From positions 26,735 through 90,734 of the forward strand of contig JBILEK010000002.1 of assembly GCA_044352155.1 (NCBI GenBank): 64,000 nt of DNA, written 5' to 3'. This document shows, piece after piece, positions 48,302 to 56,251 of this stretch. The translations under genes and the position numbers were made by a program. Positions within the stretch are counted from its first letter, which is position 1; each line of letters starts with the position of its first letter. The notes under the pieces are model-generated. The model saw nothing but the letters and a program-made list of their open reading frames with translations, did not search any database and was not told where the DNA came from. This stretch comes from Bdellovibrionia bacterium (lineage in GTDB: Bacteria; Bdellovibrionota; UBA1018; JBILEK01).

Positions 48302-49303
48302 TTACTTCGATTTCTTGAGCTCAGCTTCAAGATCCAGATTTGATGCTGAAATGATTTTCCGGAGCTCGTTATAGGCCTCATCATTCACTGCGACGAGTCC
48401 CTCGACTGAGTAAATATCTTTGATCGCTTTCTTACCCTCTGGAGTTTCCATAAAAGCTAAAATTGCTTCTTTAACTGCGTCTTTAACTTTTTGATTTTGC
48501 GAAGCGTCCTTATATAGATTGGATCGAATCACCCACGGCTCATTGGGGATCTCTTGAGTAAACCCAATGATGCGCACTTTCTCTTCGACATCCGGATACT
48601 GAGTCTTCACCCTGAGACGCGCATCGCGGATCTCCATTACTTTTTTTCCATCAACTTCTTTTTCCATCGGAGGGCTGTAGTAGCTCGCACCCGCGTCAAC
48701 TTCCTTCTGATAGACTTTCATCACCACAGCATCATGCTTACCTGCGAACATCGTGTTTTTAAGCTCGATGCCTTTTTGTTTAAAAAGAAAGCTCGGCAAG
48801 ATGTATCCCGCTGTTGATGCGGGATCGGTGTACGCAAACGAGCGCCCCTTCAGATCTTCGATCGATTTAACTCCGCTATCTTTATGGGCGATGATTTGAC
48901 CTTTGTAAGTCGTCTCGCCGTTGCCGCGCACGATCTGAACGATCGACTCGATGGGATACTTTTTGATATCGCGCGCGAGGATGTAACTAAACGTATTGAG
49001 AGCTGCGAAATCGGCGCGCGAGGTCCCGAACGCCTCAACCACTGCGATATAGCTTGTGGGAACCGCTGAAGTCACAAAGAAGCCCTTGTCAGCCCCGTAG
49101 AGCTTTTGTGAAACATGCTTCTCTACAAACTTTGTAAGCTGAGAGGCGCCCGTATTGACTTGCTCAGCGTCTACGGACGGGACGAAATACATCGCAAACG
49201 GCCGCCCTTTAGACCCCACTGGAGGCTCACTGCATGCCAACAAAAACAAGCCTGCTCCCCCTACGATGAGCGCTCGCAATCCCCGAGATTTCAACATGCG
49301 CAT
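48302..49303 (-). CDS. phnD: Phosphonate/phosphite ABC transporter substrate-binding protein (PhnD-like)
   Basis: PhnD-like periplasmic binding fold; GGAGGA RBS + ATG 49303 then signal peptide. Confidence 0.7.
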   Translation of the reverse strand: MRMLKSRGLRALIVGGAGLFLLACSEPPVGSKGRPFAMYFVPSVDAEQVNTGASQLTKFVEKHVSQKLYGADKGFFVTSAVPTSYIAVVEAFGTSRADFAALNTFSYILARDIKKYPIESIVQIVRGNGETTYKGQIIAHKDSGVKSIEDLKGRSFAYTDPASTAGYILPSFLFKQKGIELKNTMFAGKHDAVVMKVYQKEVDAGASYYSPPMEKEVDGKKVMEIRDARLRVKTQYPDVEEKVRIIGFTQEIPNEPWVIRSNLYKDASQNQKVKDAVKEAILAFMETPEGKKAIKDIYSVEGLVAVNDEAYNELRKIISASNLDLEAELKKSK

Positions 49304-49465
49304 TTCCTCCGATTGATGGCGTTTCAAATTAGGATTGTCGGTATACCGTTTCGGTCCGGATTGGAATGTTGGATTTGTTTTAGACCTCATGTTCCAGACT
49401 GTTTAACTCGGCCTTGAAAAAGACTTTTCTCTCCGCTAGGGTCGCGCCTCGATGACTCAATCAGG

Positions 49466-50881
49466 GTGCGGCGCATCATGAGCCCAACTACTGCGCCTAG
49501 GCGCCTTGCCCGCAATTTGTTTCTCCGGCAAGTCGCGCTCTGGGCACCCTTGACGGTCTTACTCTGGCTTGGGCTTGCCTGGGGGGAGTGGGATCCAAAG
49601 CTTGCCTGGCTTTGCATCGGGTTTATCGCAACGAGCGCACTCGTCTCGACGCTCACCGCTCTTCGGATCGCGCGACCCCTCGAGCATGTCGTCATTAAAG
49701 CTCGCTCGCTGCTCCAAGCGCACCCCGAAAGCAACGAGGAGGAGTCCTTAAGAACGTCCGTCTCACGCGAGTGGAGCGAGCTTGAAAGTGCGCTCAATCA
49801 GATTCGCTGGGACTTGCGCAAGAAGTCAGACCGCCTGGATCGTGATCGTCAGGAGACTCAAGCGATCATGAGTGCCGCGGCCGATGCGATCTGTGCGGTG
49901 GACTTAAAAGGTGAGATCCTATTTTTTAACTCCCCTTTTGCAACTCTGTTTGGCGATCGAGAGCTTGCGGTGAGGCGTCCTCGACTTGAGGAGCTCTTTC
50001 GAGAGCCCGCTCTTTTATCAGCGTTTGAATCGGCTCTGCATCGAGGTCTGCCTTCAAAAACTGAGAGCATTCTGCAGATTCAAGGTGAGCGTCTGACTCG
50101 ACACTTTTCGATTTCGGTTGCTCCTTTTTTTCGTGGGAAATCACGCGAAGTCGAAGGCGCAGTCGCCAACTTGCATGACATCACTGAGTTGAAGCGCGCT
50201 GAGCAAATCCGCATTGAGTTTGTCGAAAACGCGTCGCATGAGTTGCGCACGCCACTCACCTCCATCAAAGGCTATATTGCGACTCTGGCAGATGATCTGA
50301 GTCATGGGCGGTTAGAGGATTTGGGGCGCTACTTGCTGATCGTCCAACGCAACGTCGATCGCTTGATCGAGCTTGTAAACGATATTTTAGATCTCTCATC
50401 GATCGAGCGCACTCAACAAATCGATAAGGTCCTCGCATCCACACAAGAGATTACAGCTCATGTCCTCGCTCAAGTCGAAACCCAGCGCGAAGAAAAAAAC
50501 CATCGCATCATCTCACGCGTTGAGGCGCCGAGCGTTTTGGGGGACGCGCGCAGGATTGAGCAAGTTCTACTTAATCTGGTGGATAATGCGATTAAGTACC
50601 TACCTCCAGGCGGGCAAATCGAGATCGCCTGGGAGAGACTCTCGCCTGATCAAACGCGCCTTCGAGTACAAGATAATGGTCCAGGAATTCCGCCCGAACA
50701 CCAGGCACGCCTTTTTGAGCGTTTTTACCGAATGGAAAAGTCCCGTAATCGCGAGTCCGGTGGAACAGGACTTGGTCTAGCGATCGTCAAACACATTGTG
50801 CAGCTCCACGGTGGCAGCATCGAGGTAAAGAGTGAACCTGGAAAGGGCGCTACGTTCTATTGCAGCTTCCCTGAGCAATAA
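49466..50881 (+). CDS. PAS-containing sensor histidine kinase (PhoR-like); no cognate regulator in window
   Basis: HisKA H-box HELRTPLTSIKGY, HATPase N/G boxes; GTG 49466 or ATG 49478. Confidence 0.75.
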   Translation: MRRIMSPTTAPRRLARNLFLRQVALWAPLTVLLWLGLAWGEWDPKLAWLCIGFIATSALVSTLTALRIARPLEHVVIKARSLLQAHPESNEEESLRTSVSREWSELESALNQIRWDLRKKSDRLDRDRQETQAIMSAAADAICAVDLKGEILFFNSPFATLFGDRELAVRRPRLEELFREPALLSAFESALHRGLPSKTESILQIQGERLTRHFSISVAPFFRGKSREVEGAVANLHDITELKRAEQIRIEFVENASHELRTPLTSIKGYIATLADDLSHGRLEDLGRYLLIVQRNVDRLIELVNDILDLSSIERTQQIDKVLASTQEITAHVLAQVETQREEKNHRIISRVEAPSVLGDARRIEQVLLNLVDNAIKYLPPGGQIEIAWERLSPDQTRLRVQDNGPGIPPEHQARLFERFYRMEKSRNRESGGTGLGLAIVKHIVQLHGGSIEVKSEPGKGATFYCSFPEQ

Positions 50882-50884
50882 GCG

Positions 50885-51628
50885 CTACTCCGATCGCCCT
50901 AATCCGCGCTGAGCGGCCATCACATAAGGGAGACGCACATCAGACTCCGAATCAAAGAAGATCCGCTTGGCCACCGGCACGCGCGACATCTGATCTGGCG
51001 CATACACTTTGTAAGAGGACAAGTTGCCCACAGGTCGCTCGAACGGGCGATTTGAAATCTCGCGACGCCACACATAGGGGAGCTCAAGTCCCTTGACTCC
51101 AAAAATCCCCTCGCGCGCACTCACTGCGCGATCGACGATTTGAGCAAATTTCTGGCAGTATTTGGTGGAGGGAAACATACAGAAATTGACTGCAAGAGCG
51201 TCTCGTAGCATCTGCTCGTTGACGTTCATTCCGAGAGAAAAGACATAAGCAAGGATCCGACCGTAAGAGTCGCACCGATCTTGATCAAACTCGAGCGTCA
51301 CCTCAGACTGCTCGGGGAGATAGCCACGGAGGACTTCAGCGGCGCGATCGCCCCATTCGCCTTGCGACTTGCCTTGGTAGTGAGTCTCGGGGGTATCGAT
51401 TCCCATCATCCGAACTGAGATTTCATGCCCCTGAATGGAGACTTTCACCGTATCTCCATCTACCCCTCGCACGACGGTTGCGCGGAGAGTAGGACTCTGG
51501 GTAGCTGTGAGCCTTTTGCACAGAGCAATCCCCGTCTCCTGCTCGGGGGTGTCGCCTGCGGTCGCACTCACCGAAAACGCAAGAACCATCGCCACTACGG
51601 GAGTCAAAACCTTGAGTGCCATCATCAC
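50885..51628 (-). CDS. Secreted thermonuclease (SNase-like) with C-terminal extension
   Basis: Signal peptide; SNase motifs VVRGVDGDTVKV, GIDTPE, YGRILAYV. Confidence 0.7.
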   Translation of the reverse strand: MMMALKVLTPVVAMVLAFSVSATAGDTPEQETGIALCKRLTATQSPTLRATVVRGVDGDTVKVSIQGHEISVRMMGIDTPETHYQGKSQGEWGDRAAEVLRGYLPEQSEVTLEFDQDRCDSYGRILAYVFSLGMNVNEQMLRDALAVNFCMFPSTKYCQKFAQIVDRAVSAREGIFGVKGLELPYVWRREISNRPFERPVGNLSSYKVYAPDQMSRVPVAKRIFFDSESDVRLPYVMAAQRGLGRSE

Positions 51629-51866
51629 GAGCTCTCCAAATACAACTACGTGGTACTACGCCCTGAACCGCCTCAAATCATTCCGGGGAAACCAAAGTTT
51701 GACAATCCCTGAGAGCGCTTTGACGAAATCCTGAAGTTTCCTCAGTTTTGGGCAGGACTACTCGAAATCAAAAGCAAAAGGCCAAATAACGCGAAGCGCA
51801 TTGAGCTCGGATGAGGAGTTGATTTTTATTGGATGCGCCGCGCCATTACCCCTCGCATCCACCGAC

Positions 51867-51892
51867 CTCTACTCAATTGATGCAGCCAGTTT
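51867..51892 (+). promoter_or_regulatory. Conserved motif copy E (TCTACTCAATTGATGCAGCCAGTTTC), ~36 bp upstream of DTW gene
   Basis: 23/23 identity with copies A and D. Confidence 0.6.
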
Positions 51893-51927
51893 CAAACTCC
51901 CCACTTCTATGAGAGCCCCCTTACACC

Positions 51928-52572
51928 ATGTGCGATCGCTGCAAAAAACCAGACGCCCTCTGCATTTGTTCAGAAATCGAGTCGTTTTCTAACGGAATCC
52001 GTATCGGCATCCTCCAACACCCTCGCGAAAACGATGAAAAACTCGGGACTGCGCGCCTTGCCGAGCTCACGCTTGAGAACTCTTTCCTCCATGTCGGCCT
52101 CTCTTGGCCCAATCTCAAAAAAGCTGTCGCCGACTTAAACGCAAAACCTACCGATTGGGCGATCCTCTACATCGGCACAGGAGTGCGACTGCCCAATGTT
52201 CCGCGCGAGGAGCTCCCGCGGCTCTACGAAATCCAAAAAGACAAATCGTTCAATCGACTCCCTCCTTTACCTCCTTCGTTTCGCGGTGTCCTCGTCCTGG
52301 ATGGCACCTGGGCACAAGCGAAAGCACTCTGGTGGCGAAACCCCTGGATGAGCCGACTAAAACGCCTCGCACTCGTGCCATCTCGCGCCTCCTTGTACGG
52401 AGAACTCCGCAAAGAGCCGCGCCGCGAGTGCGTGTCGACGCTCGAAGCGATTTCCGATACTCTGCTCTGCCTGGGAGAGTCCGCAGACGTGCGTACAAAA
52501 CTTGAGCGTCCGTTTCAGGCGTTGCTCAAGAAAATCGGCGAAAATGAGACTAAAGGAGCACATCGAAGATGA
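51928..52572 (+). CDS. DTW-domain protein (tRNA-uridine aminocarboxypropyltransferase family)
   Basis: N-terminal CxxC pairs and LDGTWAQA (DTW) motif. Confidence 0.7.
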   Translation: MCDRCKKPDALCICSEIESFSNGIRIGILQHPRENDEKLGTARLAELTLENSFLHVGLSWPNLKKAVADLNAKPTDWAILYIGTGVRLPNVPREELPRLYEIQKDKSFNRLPPLPPSFRGVLVLDGTWAQAKALWWRNPWMSRLKRLALVPSRASLYGELRKEPRRECVSTLEAISDTLLCLGESADVRTKLERPFQALLKKIGENETKGAHRR

Positions 52573-53237
52573 GTAAAAAGATTGCGGTCATTTTGTGTGG
52601 AAGTGGCTACAAGGACGGTAGCGAGATCCGCGAGTCGGTCGGAGCCCTCTGGGCCCTGAGCGCGATGGGCGCACAGGTGCGGATGTTTGCCCCAGATCAA
52701 AATCAGTATGACGTCGTGAACTGCTTTACAGATCAGCCGATGCCGGCAGAAAAGCGCAACTCTCTCGTTGAGGCTGCACGTATTGCTCGAGGTCAGATCG
52801 AGCCTCTCTCCCGACTTCAGCCCTCCGAGTTGGATGGAGTCATCGTTCCGGGAGGATTTGGGGTTGCAAAAAACCTATGCACCTTTGCGCTTCAAGGCTC
52901 GCAGGGAGTCGTCCTTCCCGAAGTTAAACGTGCGCTTCAGACGTTACGAGAGCAGCACAAACCGATTGGAGCCATTTGCATCGCACCAGCTCTTGTAGCG
53001 CTGACGTTTCCGCGTGGTGGCTTTAAACTAACGCTCGGTGCCCATGGAGAGGCGGCTCAAGAAATCGAAAAGCTTGGACACACTCATCAAGTTTGTGTGG
53101 CTTCCGAGTGCGTAGTGGATGTCAACCACCGGATCGTCACCACTCCTGCGTACATGTACGATGACGCTCCTCTTTTTGAAGTGTTTCAAGGGATCCAAAA
53201 GCTTGTCCAAAATGTTGTAGAGCTGGCACGCTCATGA
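52569..53237 (+). CDS. elbB: DJ-1/PfpI-superfamily glyoxalase ElbB
   Basis: MSKKIAVILCGSGYKDGSEI...; ATGA overlap with DTW gene. Confidence 0.75.
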   Translation: MSKKIAVILCGSGYKDGSEIRESVGALWALSAMGAQVRMFAPDQNQYDVVNCFTDQPMPAEKRNSLVEAARIARGQIEPLSRLQPSELDGVIVPGGFGVAKNLCTFALQGSQGVVLPEVKRALQTLREQHKPIGAICIAPALVALTFPRGGFKLTLGAHGEAAQEIEKLGHTHQVCVASECVVDVNHRIVTTPAYMYDDAPLFEVFQGIQKLVQNVVELARS

Positions 53238-53794
53238 GAGCGCTTCTTTGCGCCACTGCGCTGGGACTGCTCGCATTCTCAAGCGCCTCAAGCGCGCGTG
53301 AGCAAAGTAGTGTTTATGTAGGCGCTGGAATTCTCTCGATGAATCTCTACAAATTCGCAGGCAGCTCAACGGGCAAAATCACTCCCCTCGGGCGTACTTT
53401 CGTACCGATCAGCATCGCGTATCGAACTAAGTTCTCAATGCCGACCTTACGGTTTAGCCCCATTGGATCTTCGGATCTGGATCGCTCATCGACGAACCGA
53501 GTTGTTGAACTTGCGTTTCCGATTTTCATAGGAAAAACGCTTAAAATCGGCCCAGGGCTCTTTGGCTACTGGATGAGCGGGGGTAGCGGTAGTGTGGAGC
53601 TTGGAAATGGCTCAAGCACTTCGACCTTCTATCGTCCGAACCGAAACTCTTTTTCAACCACTTGGAGTGCGGTTGTTGGCGTCGGCACGAATATCGGTGC
53701 AACGCGCTGGGATCTGGATGTTGTGATGACTTCACTGCTCACTGCGCGGCGCGCTTTTCATTTGGCTTCGACTTTGAGTTTTGAAATTTTTTAA
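53234..53794 (+). CDS. Putative outer-membrane beta-barrel protein
   Basis: Signal peptide, alternating amphipathic strands, C-terminal aromatic (EIF); ATGA overlap with elbB. Confidence 0.45.
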   Translation: MRALLCATALGLLAFSSASSAREQSSVYVGAGILSMNLYKFAGSSTGKITPLGRTFVPISIAYRTKFSMPTLRFSPIGSSDLDRSSTNRVVELAFPIFIGKTLKIGPGLFGYWMSGGSGSVELGNGSSTSTFYRPNRNSFSTTWSAVVGVGTNIGATRWDLDVVMTSLLTARRAFHLASTLSFEIF

Positions 53795-53819
53795 CGGAAA
53801 TTGATTTACGGAGGATCAG

Positions 53820-54614
53820 ATGCGCTTGGCTTGGCTTGGGATTGCTCTCTCTCTTCCGCTCTCGGCAAATGCGTTCACTTTACTTGGACTCTCCTCTCAA
53901 GGCAGTGCGACGACAGGTTGGAAAAAAACCACTCTTCAGTATGTGCTCAACACTTCGGGCTGCTCGGTCTCATCCGATAGTGTTCGAAGTGCGGTCTCCG
54001 AGTCCATGGCGCTTTGGAACGGCGTATCCACTGCGCGCTTGACTCTTGAAAACTCTGGCGACTCAACGATCAGCGCTACTTCGGCGACCTCAATGAGCAC
54101 GGTCACAGGCGTTCCGCCTATTGTTTGCTTTACTTCAAGCTTTGGTTCAGTGGATCCTGCCGTGACCCTAGGAGTGAGTGCTGCGACCTACAACACAAGC
54201 ACGATGGAGATCGTTCAGTCTTACTTAGCTCTCAACTCTGTCTCAGGAGCGAACGCCAACATCAGTACACTGAGCACTGCAGAGCTTACTGCGACTCTTG
54301 CCCATGAGATGGGACACTCAGTCGGTCTTGGACACTCTGAAGACACTACAGCTCTAATGTATTTTCAAAACTTGCGCGAGAGAGCGCGCTTAGGAACCGA
54401 CGATGCGGACGGATATACATTTTTGTATCCGCGCAGTGAGCTCACAGGAGGTGGTTTTATGGGGTGTGGCACTCTCACGAGGGTCTCCGAACAGCCTCCC
54501 CACTCGGGGGCAACTGCTGTGATCTCGGTGTTTGCACTCTTTGCGTTCTGCTTTGCAGTTGCGCGCCTGATCGGCCGCACTAATCAAAGTGATGCTTTGA
54601 CGTCGTCGACGTGA
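53820..54614 (+). CDS. Secreted matrixin-like zinc metalloprotease (metzincin, M10)
   Basis: HEMGHSVGLGHS zinc-binding motif, Met-turn (ALMY), signal peptide, C-terminal hydrophobic anchor. Confidence 0.75.
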   Translation: MRLAWLGIALSLPLSANAFTLLGLSSQGSATTGWKKTTLQYVLNTSGCSVSSDSVRSAVSESMALWNGVSTARLTLENSGDSTISATSATSMSTVTGVPPIVCFTSSFGSVDPAVTLGVSAATYNTSTMEIVQSYLALNSVSGANANISTLSTAELTATLAHEMGHSVGLGHSEDTTALMYFQNLRERARLGTDDADGYTFLYPRSELTGGGFMGCGTLTRVSEQPPHSGATAVISVFALFAFCFAVARLIGRTNQSDALTSST

Positions 54615-55120
54615 CCGTTCACTTTTACCTGGTCGTAGATTTTTGAGATCTTGCCATCTTTGTCGATCAGGAAGGTCGTCCGCACAATCCCCATGAACTT
54701 TCGACCATAGAGTGATTTCTCGCGCCACACACCATAGGCCTCGCAGACCTTGCCGTCGACATCGGAGAGGAGCGGAAATCTGAGCGCATGTTTTTCTTTG
54801 AATTTATGGTGACTCTCTACACTGTCGCGACTCACGCCCAAAATGACGGCCCCACGGTCCTCAAGCTGCGGACGCATCGCCTCAAAGTCACAAGCCTCAA
54901 GTGTACAGCCCGGAGTCATATCCTTAGGATAGAAGTAGAGGATCACCTTTTTGCCGCGGTAGTCGCTGAGCGCGACTTCGCGACCTGAGTCGCTGGGCAA
55001 GCGAAACGCCGGTGCACGCGCTCCAAGACCAAGTGGACTTGCTCGTTTAGATTTCTTAGGGACGGGACGTTTTTTTAGCTGAGTCTTTTTTTTGGAAACT
55101 GATTTTTTATTTTTCGGCAT
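54584..55120 (-). CDS. bcp: Peroxiredoxin Bcp (thiol peroxidase) with ~35-aa lysine-rich N-terminal extension
   Basis: LYFYPKDMTPGCTLEAC active site; extension MPKNKKSVSKKKTQLKKRPVPKKSKR. Confidence 0.8.
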   Translation of the reverse strand: MPKNKKSVSKKKTQLKKRPVPKKSKRASPLGLGARAPAFRLPSDSGREVALSDYRGKKVILYFYPKDMTPGCTLEACDFEAMRPQLEDRGAVILGVSRDSVESHHKFKEKHALRFPLLSDVDGKVCEAYGVWREKSLYGRKFMGIVRTTFLIDKDGKISKIYDQVKVNGHVDDVKASL

Positions 55121-55142
55121 GCATCAAGACTCTCATTCAGAA

Positions 55143-55508
55143 TCATGCGCTCGTCGAGCTCGGGGACTTCTTGCGAGCGGGGCGCTTCGAGATACTGCTT
55201 TTCTTTTTCGCTTTGGGAGTATCGAAGCTGACCTTGAGGTCGATGTTGATATTGCCAACTTTTTTCACGAGCGACTCAAGCTCCTTGCGCTGAAGCTCTA
55301 CGTACTTTCGGAGTTTGTTCACTTCGCCAGGAATCTGTTTTTGGAGCGTCTGCAGATTCTTGCGCAACTTCTGCGCATCGCCTTTGAATCGTGAGCGTAG
55401 CTCCTTGCCTTGACTCTTAGCGTACTTACGTGCGTCATCCATCATGCCTTGGGCATCGGCTTGGGTTTTTTTGATTTGTTCGACGATTTTTTTAATTTCA
55501 GAATTCAT
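55143..55508 (-). CDS. Coiled-coil hypothetical protein (phasin-like)
   Basis: ATG 55508 (MNSEIKK); K/E-rich heptad-like sequence. Confidence 0.4.
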   Translation of the reverse strand: MNSEIKKIVEQIKKTQADAQGMMDDARKYAKSQGKELRSRFKGDAQKLRKNLQTLQKQIPGEVNKLRKYVELQRKELESLVKKVGNINIDLKVSFDTPKAKKKSSISKRPARKKSPSSTSA

Positions 55509-55552
55509 GAACAGTCTTCTATATGACTCGTTGCATAAAATCAATGCAATAC

Positions 55553-56233
55553 CTATTGCTTTACCCAAGACCCAAATGCCGGGCGAGTCCAGTGCAGGTA
55601 GTCCTCAATCGAAAACGTAAGCTCGGCCGGAGTCTGAGCTAGGAGTGCCGAAAAATCTAACGATTCTGAAGGGATAAAGCTATCCCCCTCTTCTCGGAGC
55701 CGAATCTGAATCGGCGCATAAAGCGCGAGGATCTCAAGCTTTGGAGTGACCAGGCCATAGGGACTAAAGCGCGCTCGTGTCGAGCGCTCCGAAAGACGTA
55801 AACTTACAGTTCCGGACTGCTCCAAAAATGCACGGGGCGTAAGAGCAACGCATTTTCCTTGGATTTGAGGCTCTTCACGAAGCATTTCAGCAACGAGCGG
55901 GACTTGAAGAACGCGGGTGTTTTCCATCTGGATCCGAAGCTCGCCTAAGCTTACCTCAAATCGGTGCTGACAAATGTTTTCCCAAAGATTGTCGTCGTCA
56001 ACATCACGCATCACCCACTCTACGGACGTCGATGCGAGCTCACCCAGATTCTCGAAGTACTCCATTCGAAAAGAGAGCGCATCAGGGAGATCCCTGAGCT
56101 CAGAGGATTCGCGCTTCAGATTCTTTAGATCAAAAGAGGTGCGCCAAACTGCAGGACTTTGATCCGCACGGGCAGGAAGCGCGAAAACAGCAAACAAAAG
56201 GAAGCAGGTAGCGTACACTGGGAGAAGCTTCAA
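55553..56233 (-). CDS. Secreted hypothetical protein
   Basis: Signal peptide MKLLPVYATCFLLFAVFALPARA. Confidence 0.5.
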   Translation of the reverse strand: MKLLPVYATCFLLFAVFALPARADQSPAVWRTSFDLKNLKRESSELRDLPDALSFRMEYFENLGELASTSVEWVMRDVDDDNLWENICQHRFEVSLGELRIQMENTRVLQVPLVAEMLREEPQIQGKCVALTPRAFLEQSGTVSLRLSERSTRARFSPYGLVTPKLEILALYAPIQIRLREEGDSFIPSESLDFSALLAQTPAELTFSIEDYLHWTRPAFGSWVKQ

Positions 56234-56251
56234 ATTAGGAATGAATGGGGA

